Assembly (NCBI GenBank): GCA_016874175.1
Contig: VGUP01000002.1
Location: 3,983 to 67,982, forward strand
DNA length: 64,000 nucleotides
DNA from: Gammaproteobacteria bacterium
GTDB taxonomy: Bacteria; Pseudomonadota; Gammaproteobacteria; Steroidobacterales; Steroidobacteraceae
Reading direction: 5' to 3'
The notes under the pieces are model-generated. The model searched no databases, was not told the DNA's origin, and worked only from the letters and a program-made list of their open reading frames with translations. Shown in pieces: positions 21,258 through 35,455 of this stretch (position 1 is its first letter; each line of letters starts with the position of its first letter). The translations under genes and the position numbers were made by a program.

Positions 21258-22483
21258 GTTCTTTTACGCTGCCAGCGCGTGGTGGTGGCCGACCGACCAC
21301 CATCCATATCGATACCGTGATGTTGCTGTTGGTCTCGAGCATCGTGCTGCTCGGCTTGGTTGTCGTGGCCTCGGCCTCGATGTCGATCGGTACCAAAGAA
21401 TCCGGCGACCCGTTCATCTATCTAGAGCGCCAGTTCGTGCTGGTTATGGTCGGCAGCGTTGCAGCCTGCTGCGCGCTCGCGGTACGCACTGAGTGGCTGG
21501 AGCGCTTTGCACCTTTGCTGCTGGCTGGCGCGTTGCTGTTGTTGATTGCCGTGTTGATTCCCGGCGTCGGCCACGTCGTCAACGGCAGCCGGCGCTGGAT
21601 TCGTCTGGCCGGTTTCAACTTTCAGCCTTCCGAGGCCGCGCGCGTGATAGTCCTCGTGTTCATTGCCAGCTACGCCGTGCGAAGGGAGGCGGAGCTGCGC
21701 AGTTCTTTCATGGGTCTCGCCAAGCCGCTCGGTGTGGTTGGTATTTTCTTTGGTCTGCTGCTGCTGGAGCCGGACTTCGGCGCGGCGACCGTACTGGCGG
21801 CCACCGCCTTCGGCGTGCTCTTCATCGCTGGCGCGCGTTTGCGTGATGTGCTGGCGCTCGCGGTGGTGGGTGCCGGCTTGTTGGCGACGCTCGCCGTCTC
21901 ATCGCCTTATCGACTGCGTCGGCTCGCCTCGTTTCTCGACCCTTGGCAAGACCCGTTCAACAGTGGCTTTCAGCTCACGCAAAGTTTGATCGCCATCGGT
22001 CGCGGCGGTTGGACGGGAGTCGGCCTAGGGGAGAGCGTACAGAAGCTTTTTTATTTGCCGGAGGCCCATACCGATTTCCTGTTCGCGGTACTCGCCGAAG
22101 AATTGGGTCTGCTCGGCATCCTGCTCACGATCGGCCTGTTCGTGGCGCTCGGGCTGCGCGCCTTGTGGGTCGCGCGCCTCGCGAGTGAGGCGGGTCTCAA
22201 GTTTCCGGCTTATCTCGCGGCCGGCTTTGGTCTTTGGGTGGCGATGCAGGCGTTTATCAACATGGGCGTCAACATGGGCTTGCTGCCCACCAAAGGTTTG
22301 ACCTTGCCGTTCATGAGTTACGGCCGCTCGAGCATGATCGTCACGCTCGCCTGGGTCGGCATGGTGCTGCGGGTGTATCACGAGGCCGTGCAGGCCTCGC
22401 GCGGCACGGTCGCCGCGAGTTTGCGCGGCACTCATGCCGCGCGGGCCTGCGATGGCGGGACTGCGGAGGCGCTGCAAGCGTGA
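21254..22483 (+). CDS. ftsW: Peptidoglycan polymerase FtsW (SEDS family)
   Basis: NGSRRWI, FQPSE, EPDFG, LPEAHTDF, LPTKGLTLPFMSYG. Confidence 0.97.
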   Translation: MSSFTLPARGGGRPTTIHIDTVMLLLVSSIVLLGLVVVASASMSIGTKESGDPFIYLERQFVLVMVGSVAACCALAVRTEWLERFAPLLLAGALLLLIAVLIPGVGHVVNGSRRWIRLAGFNFQPSEAARVIVLVFIASYAVRREAELRSSFMGLAKPLGVVGIFFGLLLLEPDFGAATVLAATAFGVLFIAGARLRDVLALAVVGAGLLATLAVSSPYRLRRLASFLDPWQDPFNSGFQLTQSLIAIGRGGWTGVGLGESVQKLFYLPEAHTDFLFAVLAEELGLLGILLTIGLFVALGLRALWVARLASEAGLKFPAYLAAGFGLWVAMQAFINMGVNMGLLPTKGLTLPFMSYGRSSMIVTLAWVGMVLRVYHEAVQASRGTVAASLRGTHAARACDGGTAEALQA

Positions 22484-23577
22484 GCAGACCCTGCGTCATG
22501 ATCATGGCGGGCGGTACCGGTGGACATGTGTTTCCGGCGCTGTCGCTCGCGGCTTGGCTGCGGGCTAGAAACTTTGAAGTCGTTTGGCTCGGTACGCGCG
22601 CGGGTATCGAGGCGCGTCTCGTGCCTGCCGCGGGCATCGAGGTTGAATGGATCGATATCGGCGGCTTGCGCGGCAAAGGCTTGCGCACTTTGCTGAGTGC
22701 ACCGCTGCGCTTGTTGCGTGCGTTGGGGCAAGCACTGGCTGCCGTTCGCCGCCACCAGCCGCGGGTGGTGGTCGGGCTGGGTGGCTATGTCACCGGCCCA
22801 GGTGGTCTTGCGGCCCGGTTGTCGCGTCGTCCGCTCGTCATCCACGAGCAGAACGCCATCGCCGGCTTCACCAACCGCACCTTGGCAAAGATTTCTACCC
22901 GAGTGCTCGAAGCCTTCGCCGGCAGTTTCGACGCCGGTGTCAAAGCGACCGAAGTCGGTAATCCGGTACGTGCTGATTTCTTTGCACTGGCGACGCCGGC
23001 AACGCGCTACGGCGCGCGCAGTGGTCCGCTGCAGTTGCTGGTGGTGGGTGGCAGTCAGGGTGCGCAGCGTCTCAACAGCGTCGTGCCTGCAGCGCTCGCG
23101 CAGCTCGCCGCGGGCACGGTGCGCGTCCGTCACCAGACGGGTTCGCGGATGCTCGAGGTCACGCGCCAGGCTTATCAGAGTCAGGGTATCGAGGCCGAGG
23201 TCAGCGCGTTCATTGACGACATTGCTGCGGCCTACGGGGCGGCAGATTTGGTCATTTGTCGTGCAGGTGCGCTCACGGTTTCGGAAATCGCCGCCGCGGG
23301 CGTGGCCTCCATCTTGGTACCGTTTCCAGCGGCGGTCGATGACCATCAAACCCGCAACGCGCAATTTTTGGTGGCGCAGGGTGCGGCGATCCTCCTCCCC
23401 GAGCGCGAACTCAGCGCCGAAAAATTGGCGGCCGAGCTCGGGCATTTTGCTACGGATCGCAAACCATTGCTGACGATGGCCGAAGCTGCGCGACGATTGG
23501 CGCGTCCCGAAGCGACCGCCGAACTTGGTGCGGTATGTTTGGCCGCCGGCGATCTCGCGCTGGAGATCGCAGCATGA
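22480..23577 (+). CDS. murG: Lipid II GlcNAc transferase
   Basis: AGGTGGH, GLGGYV, HEQNA, GNPVR, GGSQGA, CRAGALT, DDHQ..NA. Confidence 0.97.
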   Translation: MSRPCVMIMAGGTGGHVFPALSLAAWLRARNFEVVWLGTRAGIEARLVPAAGIEVEWIDIGGLRGKGLRTLLSAPLRLLRALGQALAAVRRHQPRVVVGLGGYVTGPGGLAARLSRRPLVIHEQNAIAGFTNRTLAKISTRVLEAFAGSFDAGVKATEVGNPVRADFFALATPATRYGARSGPLQLLVVGGSQGAQRLNSVVPAALAQLAAGTVRVRHQTGSRMLEVTRQAYQSQGIEAEVSAFIDDIAAAYGAADLVICRAGALTVSEIAAAGVASILVPFPAAVDDHQTRNAQFLVAQGAAILLPERELSAEKLAAELGHFATDRKPLLTMAEAARRLARPEATAELGAVCLAAGDLALEIAA

Positions 23578-24998
23578 GCGGTGCGACTTGCATGGAGCGC
23601 ATGCGGCGCATCAGCAGCATCCATTTTGTGGGCATCGGTGGCAGCGGCATGAGCGGGATTGCCGAGGTACTGCTCAATCTCGGCTATCGCGTGCAGGGCA
23701 GTGACCTCAAGCCGAACGCAGTCACGGCGCGGTTGGTCGAACTCGGCGCCCAGATCGCCTTCGGCCACGAGGCAAAGAATATCGTCGGTGCCGATGTCGT
23801 CGTGGTGTCGAGCGCCGTCTCGCACGAGAATCCGGAAGTGGCGCGGGCTCTCGAACAGCGGATCCCGGTGGTCCCGCGCGCCGAGATGCTCGGCGAGTTG
23901 ATGCGTTTTCGATCGGCCATTGCAGTGGCCGGTACCCACGGTAAGACCACGACCACCAGCCTGGTCGCTTCGGTGCTCGCCGAGGGCGGCGAAGATCCGA
24001 CCTTCGTGATCGGTGGTCGCTTGAAGAGTGCCGGCACGAACGCGCGGCTCGGCGCGGGTCGCTATCTGGTGGCCGAAGCCGATGAGAGCGATGCCTCGTT
24101 CTTGCATCTGCAACCGCTGATCGCCGTGGTCACCAACATCGACAATGATCATCTGGCCACCCACCACGGCGACTTCAATCGACTGCGCCAAAGTTTTGTG
24201 GATTTTTTGCACAACCTGCCGTTCTACGGGCTCGCCGTGCTGTGCGCTGACGATACCGAAGTGCGCGGCATCCTGCCGCGGGTAGGCCGGCCGATTACCA
24301 CGTACGGGATCGAGGAGGGCGCCGATGTGCGCGCGGTGAACGTGGTGCGTAACGGGCCGCTGTCCGCGTTCGACGTGCTGCGCCCGGGTCGCGCCGCGCC
24401 GCTTGCGATCAGTCTCAATCTGCCGGGTCGTCACAACGTGCAGAACGCGCTTGCCGCGATCGCGGTGGCCAGCGAGCTCGGCGTCGACGATGCCGCCATT
24501 CAGCGCGGTCTCGCCAAATTCCAAGGTGTCGATCGGCGCCTGCAATATGTGGGTCGCTTGCCTGCAGGCGGCGGCAATGCAGTGGTGATTGACGACTACG
24601 GTCATCATCCGACCGAGATCCGTGCCACCCTCGATGCCGTGCGTCAGGCCTATCCGGGTCGGCGCATCGTGCTCGCGTTCCAGCCGCATCGCTACACGCG
24701 CACTCGCGATCTGCTCGATGATTTCGCCGGCGTGTTGTCGACGGCCGATGTGTTGCTGGTCACCGAGGTCTATGCCGCGGGCGAGGCGCCGATCACCGGT
24801 GCGGACGGACGCGCCATCTGTCGCGCGGTGCGCAGTCGCGGGCATATCGAGCCCGTGTTCGTCGCACGGGTCGAGGAGCTCGCCGACAACCTGCGTGATC
24901 TGTTGCGTGCCGATGATGTCGTGCTCGCCATGGGCGCGGGTAGCATCAGCGCGGTCGCGCACGATTTGCCGCAGCGTTTGGGTGGAGAGCACGCATGA
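23574..24998 (+). CDS. murC: UDP-MurNAc:L-Ala ligase
   Basis: [46 protein letters not shown]. Confidence 0.98.
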   Translation: MSGATCMERMRRISSIHFVGIGGSGMSGIAEVLLNLGYRVQGSDLKPNAVTARLVELGAQIAFGHEAKNIVGADVVVVSSAVSHENPEVARALEQRIPVVPRAEMLGELMRFRSAIAVAGTHGKTTTTSLVASVLAEGGEDPTFVIGGRLKSAGTNARLGAGRYLVAEADESDASFLHLQPLIAVVTNIDNDHLATHHGDFNRLRQSFVDFLHNLPFYGLAVLCADDTEVRGILPRVGRPITTYGIEEGADVRAVNVVRNGPLSAFDVLRPGRAAPLAISLNLPGRHNVQNALAAIAVASELGVDDAAIQRGLAKFQGVDRRLQYVGRLPAGGGNAVVIDDYGHHPTEIRATLDAVRQAYPGRRIVLAFQPHRYTRTRDLLDDFAGVLSTADVLLVTEVYAAGEAPITGADGRAICRAVRSRGHIEPVFVARVEELADNLRDLLRADDVVLAMGAGSISAVAHDLPQRLGGEHA

Positions 24999-25918
24999 TG
25001 CCCGCCACGCTCGACTCGACTTTGACGCGGACCTTGCAGCAGCGCTTCGCCGCGCGCGTGGCGCTCGATGAGCCCATGTTACGACATACCTCTTGGCATG
25101 TCGGCGGACCCGCCGAAGTTTTCTTTGAACCGCGCGATCGTGAAGATCTCGCCGAATTTCTCCGTATGTTACCGCTGACCACCCCCGTATCCTGGGTGGG
25201 GCTCGGCAGCAATCTTTTGGTACGCGATGGCGGTTTGCGCGGTGCAGTCATTTCGCTGCATAGCGCGCTTAGTACGCTGGAGCGTCGGGGTGAAAGCGAG
25301 GTCTGGTGCGAAGCCGGCGTACCTTGCGCGCGCATCGCGAGGCAGTGTGCCCGCTGGGGCCTAGGTCCTGCCGAATTCTTTGCCGGAATTCCAGGCACAC
25401 TCGGCGGTGCGCTCGCCATGAACGCCGGTGCTTTCGGCGGCGAGACCTGGCGGCACGTGCGCAACGTCGAGGTCATCGATCGCAGCGGCATCATCAAGTT
25501 GCGCAGCGCCGGCGAGTATCGCGTCTCGTACCGGCATGTCGAGCCACCCGTTGCCGAGGAGGCGTTTCTGGCAGCGTCCTTGCACTTCGAACAGCGCGCA
25601 GGGGCGAGCACTGACGCCATTCGCGACCTGCTCGTCGAGCGCAAGCAAAAACAGCCGATCGGCGAATGGAGTTGCGGCTCGGTGTTTACCAATCCGCCGG
25701 GCGATTACGCTGCCCGCCTCATCGAGGCGGCAGGTCTCAAGGGCCTGCGTATCGGTGGCGCGCGGGTATCACCGAAGCACGCCAACTTCATCGTCAACGA
25801 GGGCGAGGCCAGCGCAGCCGACCTCGAGCAACTGATCGCGCATGTGCGCAGAACAGTCGAGCAGCACTCGGGTGTGAAACTGCAAACCGAGGTGCGTATC
25901 GTGGGGGAGGCGGCCTGA
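24995..25918 (+). CDS. murB: UDP-N-acetylenolpyruvoylglucosamine reductase (short form)
   Basis: [44 protein letters not shown]; 307 aa. Confidence 0.96.
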   Translation: MMPATLDSTLTRTLQQRFAARVALDEPMLRHTSWHVGGPAEVFFEPRDREDLAEFLRMLPLTTPVSWVGLGSNLLVRDGGLRGAVISLHSALSTLERRGESEVWCEAGVPCARIARQCARWGLGPAEFFAGIPGTLGGALAMNAGAFGGETWRHVRNVEVIDRSGIIKLRSAGEYRVSYRHVEPPVAEEAFLAASLHFEQRAGASTDAIRDLLVERKQKQPIGEWSCGSVFTNPPGDYAARLIEAAGLKGLRIGGARVSPKHANFIVNEGEASAADLEQLIAHVRRTVEQHSGVKLQTEVRIVGEAA

Positions 25919-26919
25919 TGCGTCTCGTGCACGACCCGCGCGGCTTGCACCACATCGACGATGCCCGCGAGTTCGGCAAAGTCGCCGTGCTGTTGGGCGG
26001 CGACTCGAGCGAGCGCGAGATTTCTTTGTTGAGCGGTCATGCGGTGCTGGCGGCTTTGCAGCAGCGCGGCGTCGATGCGCAGGCCTTCGATCCTCGCGAG
26101 CAGCCGCTCGCCGAACTGCTGGGTCAAGGTTTCGCGCGGGTTTGGATCGCGCTGCATGGCCCGGGCGGTGAAGATGGTACGTTGCAGGGCGCGCTCGAGT
26201 GCCTCGGTATTCCCTACACCGGCAGCGGCGTGCTCGGCTCGGCGCTGTGCATGGACAAAGTCCGCACCAAGCGACTGGCAGCAGCGGTAGGTATCGCCAC
26301 GGCGGATTTCGTCGTGCTGCGCGGTGCCGAAGATTTCGACACTGCAGTCACGCAACTCGGTTTGCCGATGTTCGTCAAGCCGGCGACCCAGGGCTCTTCG
26401 GTCGGCATGAGTAAAGTCGAGCGCGCCGCCGACTTGCCGGCCGCCTACGCAGCGGCGGCGGCAACCGATACGGTGGTGTTGGCCGAAGCGTTCATCAGCG
26501 GGGCCGAGTACACCGTCGGCATCCTGCACGATCGCGCGCTTCCGTCCATTCGCATCGTGGCCAGCAAAAATTTCTACGATTACGAAGCCAAATATTTCCG
26601 CGACGACACGCAGTACCACTGTCCATCAGGGCTTGCGGCCGAGGCGGAGCGACACCTCGGTGCACTGGCGCTGGGCGCGTTCGCAGCGACCGGTGCCGAA
26701 GGCTGGGGTCGCGTCGATTTCATGATGGATAAAACCGCGCGACCGCTGCTGCTCGAGATCAACACGGTTCCGGGGATGACCGACCACAGCCTGGTGCCGA
26801 TGGCGTCGCGGGCGACCGGCATCGATTTTCCGACGCTGGTGTGGCGCGTGCTCGAGACGAGCTGCACGCGCCTGCCGAAAAACTCGGCGGAGGGCACAGG
26901 CCATGGCCATGTTCGGTAA
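25918..26919 (+). CDS. ddl: D-alanine--D-alanine ligase
   Basis: [46 protein letters not shown]. Confidence 0.97.
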   Translation: MRLVHDPRGLHHIDDAREFGKVAVLLGGDSSEREISLLSGHAVLAALQQRGVDAQAFDPREQPLAELLGQGFARVWIALHGPGGEDGTLQGALECLGIPYTGSGVLGSALCMDKVRTKRLAAAVGIATADFVVLRGAEDFDTAVTQLGLPMFVKPATQGSSVGMSKVERAADLPAAYAAAAATDTVVLAEAFISGAEYTVGILHDRALPSIRIVASKNFYDYEAKYFRDDTQYHCPSGLAAEAERHLGALALGAFAATGAEGWGRVDFMMDKTARPLLLEINTVPGMTDHSLVPMASRATGIDFPTLVWRVLETSCTRLPKNSAEGTGHGHVR

Positions 26920-27706
26920 TCGCAAACCCCGCAATCGCAAACGCACCGAGGAATCGGCGTGGCAAATGCCGCAGATCGACTGGAAGCGTCTGGCTTCCGC
27001 GACCTCGGGTCTTGCCGTGGTCGGCACATTTCTTTGGCTGATCGTCACGGCGCTCGACCAGCCCATCGATCGCGTGCTGGTGCAGGGTCGCTTCCAGCGC
27101 GTCTCGCCGCTGGAAGTCGAACAGGCGGTGCGTGATCGTCTGCATGATGCTGGCCTCGTGACCGCCGATCTGGCGACGCTGCAGCGCGCCATCGAAACAC
27201 TGCCCTGGGTGGACAGCGCGAGCGTGGGCCGGGCCTGGCCGCGCGGTCTCGAAGTGCGCGTCGTCGAGCAGGTTGCCGCGGCTCGTTGGGGCGCCAACGG
27301 ACTTTTGAACGCACGCGGCGAGTTGTTCTTGTCCGAGTCGCGATTCATTCCCCCCGAGTTGCCGCGACTCTCCGGGCCCAAGGGCAGCGAAGGCACGGTG
27401 GCGCAGCGCTACCTCGCCATTCAAGGCCGGTTGATCGAGGGTGGTGTACGTATCGCCGCGTTACGGCTCGATGCGCGTGGCGCCTGGGAGATCGATCTCG
27501 ATAACGGCGTACGTATCCGACTCGGTCGTCGGCAGGTCGACGAGCGCTTCGAGCGCTTCGTGGCTGCCGCGCTGCGACTCGTGGTGCAGCGCTCGGCAGA
27601 AATCAATTACGTGGACATGCGCTACACCAACGGCTTCTCGGTCGGCTGGCGTGGTAGCACTAAGGTTGCGACAGTGGATGAGTTCGACGAGTCCACCGAA
27701 GGTTGA
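26903..27706 (+). CDS. ftsQ: Cell division protein FtsQ
   Basis: Basic N-terminus, TM helix, POTRA (LPWV..A.V.R.WP), C-terminal [11 protein letters not shown]. Start may be 26909. Confidence 0.95.
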   Translation: MAMFGNRKPRNRKRTEESAWQMPQIDWKRLASATSGLAVVGTFLWLIVTALDQPIDRVLVQGRFQRVSPLEVEQAVRDRLHDAGLVTADLATLQRAIETLPWVDSASVGRAWPRGLEVRVVEQVAAARWGANGLLNARGELFLSESRFIPPELPRLSGPKGSEGTVAQRYLAIQGRLIEGGVRIAALRLDARGAWEIDLDNGVRIRLGRRQVDERFERFVAAALRLVVQRSAEINYVDMRYTNGFSVGWRGSTKVATVDEFDESTEG

Positions 27707-27720
27707 CGGACGGAACAGGC

Positions 27721-28959
27721 ATGGCAAAGAAACCGGAAAGACAGCTCATCGTCGGACTCGACATCGGCACCTCCAAAGTGGTGGCGCTGGTCGGCGAGAT
27801 TGCGCCCGACAATAGTATCGAGATCATCGGCATCGGCTCGCAGTCGTCGCGCGGACTGAAGCGCGGTGTCGTCGTCAATATCGAATCGACCGTACAGTCG
27901 ATACAGCGCGCCGTCGAAGAGGCCGAGCTGATGGCCGGTTGCGAGATCCACTCGGTCTACGCCGGTATCGCCGGCAGTCATGTGCGCAGTCTGAATTCGC
28001 ACGGCGTGGTGGCGATCCGCGATAAAGAAGTGCAGCTTGTCGACGTCGAGCACGTGATCGATGCCGCCAAAGCCGTGGCGATTCCGGCCGATCAAAAAAT
28101 TCTGCATGTGCTGCCGCAGGAATTCATCATCGATGGGCAGGAGGGCATCCGCGATCCGGTCGGGATGTCCGGCGTGCGTCTCGAGGCCAAGGTGCATATC
28201 GTCACCGGCGCCGACAGCGCCGCGCAGAATATCGAAAAGTGCATCCAGCGCTGCGGTCTCGACGTCGACGACATCGTGCTCGAACAGCTGGCTTCGAGCT
28301 ATGCCGTGCTCACCGAAGACGAAAAAGATCTCGGGGTTTGCATTGTCGATATCGGCGGCGGCACTACCGACATCGCGGTGTTCGCGCATGGCGCGATCCG
28401 GCATACCGCGGTGATTCCGATTGCTGGCGATCAGGTCACCAATGATATTGCCGTGTCGATGCGTACGCCGACGCAGAACGCCGAAGAGATCAAGCTGCGT
28501 TACGCCTGCGCGCTGTCGCAACTTGCCAATCCGGACGAAACCATCGAAGTGCCGAGCGTCGGTGATCGACCGGCGCGCCGGCTTGCCCGGCAGACACTCG
28601 CCGAAATCGTCGAGCCGCGCTACGAAGAGCTCTTCAGCTTGATCCGCGAGGAACTGCGCCGCAGTGGTTTCGAAGAAACCATTGCCGCCGGCATCGTGCT
28701 GACCGGCGGTAGTTCGAAGATGGAAGGCGCCATCGAGCTTGCCGAGGAAGTCTTCCATGTACCGGTACGGCTCGGCATGCCGGTCGGCGTGCGGGGTCTC
28801 GCTGATGTCACGAGCAATGCGATCCATTCGACCGGCGTCGGTCTTTTGCTGTTCGGGCGCGATCAGCTCGCGCCGAACCGCTCGCGTACCGGGGCGATCA
28901 CCGGCAAGGCGCGCGGCATGGCCGAGCGGATGCGAGATTGGTTTCAGGGCAATTTTTGA
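27721..28959 (+). CDS. ftsA: Cell division protein FtsA
   Basis: GLDIGTSKV, DIGGGTTDIA, VLTGG, C-terminal amphipathic ..RDWFQGNF. Confidence 0.98.
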   Translation: MAKKPERQLIVGLDIGTSKVVALVGEIAPDNSIEIIGIGSQSSRGLKRGVVVNIESTVQSIQRAVEEAELMAGCEIHSVYAGIAGSHVRSLNSHGVVAIRDKEVQLVDVEHVIDAAKAVAIPADQKILHVLPQEFIIDGQEGIRDPVGMSGVRLEAKVHIVTGADSAAQNIEKCIQRCGLDVDDIVLEQLASSYAVLTEDEKDLGVCIVDIGGGTTDIAVFAHGAIRHTAVIPIAGDQVTNDIAVSMRTPTQNAEEIKLRYACALSQLANPDETIEVPSVGDRPARRLARQTLAEIVEPRYEELFSLIREELRRSGFEETIAAGIVLTGGSSKMEGAIELAEEVFHVPVRLGMPVGVRGLADVTSNAIHSTGVGLLLFGRDQLAPNRSRTGAITGKARGMAERMRDWFQGNF

Positions 28960-28994
28960 AATCGTTTTTGAATTTGAAACAGGAGTGACACGTC

Positions 28995-30215
28995 ATGTTT
29001 GAACTGATGGACTCATACAGCCAGAGCGCGGTGATCAAAGTTCTTGGCGTGGGCGGCGGTGGCGGCAACGCCGTCTCGCACATGGTGCAGAGCGGCATCG
29101 AGGGCGTGGATTTCATGTGCATCAATACCGATGCGCAGGCGTTGAAGAACTCGAACGTGAAGACCGCGTTGCAGATCGGTTCCAACATCACCAAGGGTCT
29201 CGGCGCTGGCGCCAATCCCGACATCGGTCGCCAGGCGGCGATGGAAGATCGCGATCGCATCATCGAGCTGATCGAAGGCTGTGACATGTTGTTCATCACT
29301 GCCGGCATGGGCGGTGGTACGGGCACCGGCGCTGCGCCGATCGTGGCGCAAATCGCTAAGGAGCTCGGCATCCTTACCGTGGCGGTCGTCACGCGGCCGT
29401 TCAACATGGAAGGTAACAAGCGTTCGCTGGTCGCCGATCACGGCATGGAAGAGCTCGCCAAACATGTCGATTCTTTGATCACCATTCCGAACCAGAAACT
29501 GCTCACCGTGCTCGGCCCGAAGACCACGCTGCTCGATGCTTTCAAGCGCGCCAACGGCGTGCTGCAGGGGGCGGTGCAGGGCATCGCTGATCTCATCACC
29601 CGTCCGGGTCTCATTAACGTCGACTTTGCCGACGTGCGCACCGTGATGAGTGAAACCGGCATGGCGATGATGGGTACCGGATTCGCGAGCGGCGAGGATC
29701 GCGCCCGCGTCGCCGCACAGATGGCGGTGTCATCGCCGCTGCTCGAGGACGTGAATCTCAGTGGTGCCCGCGGCATCCTCGTCAACGTCACCGCTGGTCT
29801 CGATCTCGGTATCGGCGAGTTCGAAGAGGTCGGCAACATCGTCAAAGAATTCGCCTCGGAAGATGCGACGGTAGTGGTCGGCACGGTCATAGATCCGAAC
29901 CTCAGCGACGAGCTGCGCGTCACGGTGGTGGCGACTGGTCTCGGCCGCCTGCAAGCGCAGGCGGTGGCGCCGCCGGTCGCGGTCGCTCCTGCGGTGGCCG
30001 CTGCACCTGCGGCCCGCGCCAGTGCTGCACGGTCCGGTCTCGAAGGACTGCGCGCTGGACGTCGACCGGTGGTGGTACCGACCGACTACAGCAAACTCGA
30101 CGTTCCCGCCTACGAGCGCTTCAAGGCAGCAGCGGGTGATGGTCTGCGTCACGAGCCCGAAGGTGCCGAGGAGATCCTCGACATCCCGGCGTTCCTGCGT
30201 CGTCAGGCCGATTGA
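28995..30215 (+). CDS. ftsZ: Cell division protein FtsZ
   Basis: [18 protein letters not shown] tubulin signature, INVDFAD, C-terminal [12 protein letters not shown]. Confidence 0.99.
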   Translation: MFELMDSYSQSAVIKVLGVGGGGGNAVSHMVQSGIEGVDFMCINTDAQALKNSNVKTALQIGSNITKGLGAGANPDIGRQAAMEDRDRIIELIEGCDMLFITAGMGGGTGTGAAPIVAQIAKELGILTVAVVTRPFNMEGNKRSLVADHGMEELAKHVDSLITIPNQKLLTVLGPKTTLLDAFKRANGVLQGAVQGIADLITRPGLINVDFADVRTVMSETGMAMMGTGFASGEDRARVAAQMAVSSPLLEDVNLSGARGILVNVTAGLDLGIGEFEEVGNIVKEFASEDATVVVGTVIDPNLSDELRVTVVATGLGRLQAQAVAPPVAVAPAVAAAPAARASAARSGLEGLRAGRRPVVVPTDYSKLDVPAYERFKAAAGDGLRHEPEGAEEILDIPAFLRRQAD

Positions 30216-30307
30216 TCGCGAAACTTTTCGGGTAGACTCGCGCCCTTCTGTGATTCCCCCGGCCCGCCGCTCTTGCGCGGCGGGCGCGGGCGGAACCGGG
30301 GACAGCA

Positions 30308-31228
30308 ATGGTCGGACAGAGAACGCTTAAAAACGTCATTCGCGCGACCGGTGTCGGCCTGCACTCCGGCAAGCGCGTTCTCATGACTATTCGGCCGGCA
30401 GCTCCGGATACGGGCATCGTTTTTCGACGCACCGATCTCGCCGTGCCGGTCGATGTGCCGGCGCGAGCGGGCAACGTCGGCGAGACCACGCTCTGCACCT
30501 CGCTCGTCAAAGATGATGTGCGCGTGTCGACCGTCGAGCACCTGCTCTCCGCATTCGCTGGCCTCGGCATCGACAATGCCCTGGTCGAAGTCAGTGGCCC
30601 CGAAGTGCCGATCATGGACGGCAGCGCGGGGCCGTTCGTGTTCCTGCTGCAATCTGCGGGCATCGAGCAGCAGCGCACGCCGAAGCGTTTCGTGCGTATC
30701 CGCAAGTCGGTGCGGGTCGAAGATGGCGACAAGTGGGCGCAGTTCGATCCCTTCGATGGCTTCAAAGTCAACTTCGAGATCGAGTTCAACCATCCGATCT
30801 TAAAGCGCCGTGCGCAGCGCGCCAGCATGGATTTTTCCACGACGTCGTTCCTCAAAGAAATCAGCCGCGCCCGCACATTCGGCTTCATGCGTGATCTCGA
30901 GACCATGCGCGCGCGCAACCTTGCGCTCGGTGGCAATCTCGACAACGCCATCGTGCTCGATGACTCGAAAGTGCTGAACGAGGGCGGATTGCGTTACGAA
31001 GACGAATTCGTGAAGCACAAGATCCTCGATGCGATCGGTGACCTTTACCTGCTCGGACACAGCCTGATCGGCGAATTCTCCGCCTTCAAGTCGGGCCATG
31101 GCCTCAACAACCGTTTGCTGCGGACGTTGCTCGCCGACGAATCCGCTTGGGAAGCCATCGTCTTCGAACGTCCCGAGGACGCGCCGATTTCTTATGTGCG
31201 CGCGCCGGTCCTCGCGGCTACCGGCTGA
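30308..31228 (+). CDS. lpxC: UDP-3-O-acyl-GlcNAc deacetylase
   Basis: [36 protein letters not shown]. Confidence 0.98.
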   Translation: MVGQRTLKNVIRATGVGLHSGKRVLMTIRPAAPDTGIVFRRTDLAVPVDVPARAGNVGETTLCTSLVKDDVRVSTVEHLLSAFAGLGIDNALVEVSGPEVPIMDGSAGPFVFLLQSAGIEQQRTPKRFVRIRKSVRVEDGDKWAQFDPFDGFKVNFEIEFNHPILKRRAQRASMDFSTTSFLKEISRARTFGFMRDLETMRARNLALGGNLDNAIVLDDSKVLNEGGLRYEDEFVKHKILDAIGDLYLLGHSLIGEFSAFKSGHGLNNRLLRTLLADESAWEAIVFERPEDAPISYVRAPVLAATG

Positions 31229-31575
31229 ATCTTCACCGTCCAGCGTGCGATGCCGGGGCGAAATTCACTCGCCGCGGGCCAAAGATCGGGCAGGGCATAG
31301 CGCAGGCGAGCCGCCCAGGCTGCTGAATCCACAAAAATGGTGAGTGTTCCGTCCTTCTCGACGCAGTGGCCGATGGCGGCGAGCAGCGCGGGCTCGAGGC
31401 GCGCGGCAAAGAAGCTCCCCCAGTCTTCCTGACGCCGGACAAATTCCCGGGCCCGACTGGCAAGCCCTGAACCTGATAATAAGCTGCTGATTTCCCTGGG
31501 CTTTCCTGGCCTCGCGGGAGCATTTCCGGCCACTTTGGGTGATTTTGGGTTGTTTCGGGGGGGCGGTTTGGGCAT
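31192..31575 (-). CDS. dciA: DciA (DUF721) helicase-loader-associated protein
   Basis: [18 protein letters not shown] pattern; antisense position between lpxC and M23-secA is the conserved dciA slot. Confidence 0.8.
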   Translation of the reverse strand: MPKPPPRNNPKSPKVAGNAPARPGKPREISSLLSGSGLASRAREFVRRQEDWGSFFAARLEPALLAAIGHCVEKDGTLTIFVDSAAWAARLRYALPDLWPAASEFRPGIARWTVKIQPVAARTGART

Positions 31576-31692
31576 AGTCTCGCCTGTTTCTCGTTCGGCT
31601 ACCGTCCAATAACAGTCGATGGATTATGTCACCGACCTCTGGTCAGAGGTCGGCCTACGTGGTCGTCGGCGCTTTCCGTCGGGGGAAGTGAC

Positions 31693-32607
31693 GTGAGGCT
31701 AGTGGTTCTCAGGCGACGCACTGCAGGCGCTTCGAGCATCAATGTATCCGGGCCCTGGGTGCTGGGCGTCGGCACGTTGTGCGTGCTCGCGCTGCTTGGC
31801 GGTGCGTTCATGGCGGGTTTCAATGCCGGCAGCCGGGGCATCGATCTCGGTGATGGCAGTCCGGCGGCGCTGGCGCGTGCCGCATTGCAACAAAAAAGCG
31901 AACTCGACGAGCTGCGCGAGCGCGTGCAAGAACGTGTTGACTCGATGTCCGCGCGTATCGGTCAGTTGAACGCACATGTGGTCCGCCTCGACGTACTCGG
32001 CAAGCGACTCGCCGAGATGGCTGATGTCAATTCCAGCGAATTCGATTTCTCGGCGGCACCTGCCGCGGGCGGTCCCGAGTCCGAATCTGCGGTGGCCGTG
32101 GCGGCACCGGATTTGTCGGGCATGCTCGATGATTTCGAGTCGAAACTTTCGCAGCGTGAATCGCAGCTCAGTGTCCTCGAACAGCTGATTTTGCAGCGTG
32201 AATTGCGCCAGCAGTCCGTACCCGAAGGCCGTCCAGTCGTACGCGGATTCATGTCCTCGGGTTACGGCGTGAGACAGGATCCGCTGTCCGGCGAATTCGC
32301 GTTCCACCGCGGCATCGACTTCGCCGGCAATCGTGGTGATTTGGTGATCGCAGTCGGTGCGGGCGTCGTCACCTGTGCGGGATACAAACTCGACTACGGC
32401 AACGTCGTCGAAGTGACCCACGGTGATGGCTACATCACCCGCTACGCTCACAACGAGCGTTTGCTCGTCAAAGCGGGCGACACCGTGACCCGCGGTCAAC
32501 AACTCGCGGTGATGGGCTCGACGGGCCGCTCCACCGGTCCGCACCTGCATTTCGAAGTACTGCGCAACGGCAATCCGGTCAACCCGCTTTCCTATATCGG
32601 CGGTTGA
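31693..32607 (+). CDS. M23 family peptidase (TM, coiled coil, LytM domain)
   Basis: SSGYG.R.DP, HRGIDF (HxxxD), YAHN, GSTGRSTGPHLHFEV. Confidence 0.93.
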   Translation: MRLVVLRRRTAGASSINVSGPWVLGVGTLCVLALLGGAFMAGFNAGSRGIDLGDGSPAALARAALQQKSELDELRERVQERVDSMSARIGQLNAHVVRLDVLGKRLAEMADVNSSEFDFSAAPAAGGPESESAVAVAAPDLSGMLDDFESKLSQRESQLSVLEQLILQRELRQQSVPEGRPVVRGFMSSGYGVRQDPLSGEFAFHRGIDFAGNRGDLVIAVGAGVVTCAGYKLDYGNVVEVTHGDGYITRYAHNERLLVKAGDTVTRGQQLAVMGSTGRSTGPHLHFEVLRNGNPVNPLSYIGG

Positions 32608-32662
32608 TTCCAGCGCGTAAAATACAAGCCTTTTTACCGGCTTCCCCGGCAAGGCTTCCAGA

Positions 32663-35430
<2,768 letters not shown>

Positions 35431-35455
<25 letters not shown>

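Noticed and set aside
29950..30060. Ala/Pro/Val-rich stretch in ftsZ
   Set aside because: This is the normal variable FtsZ linker.
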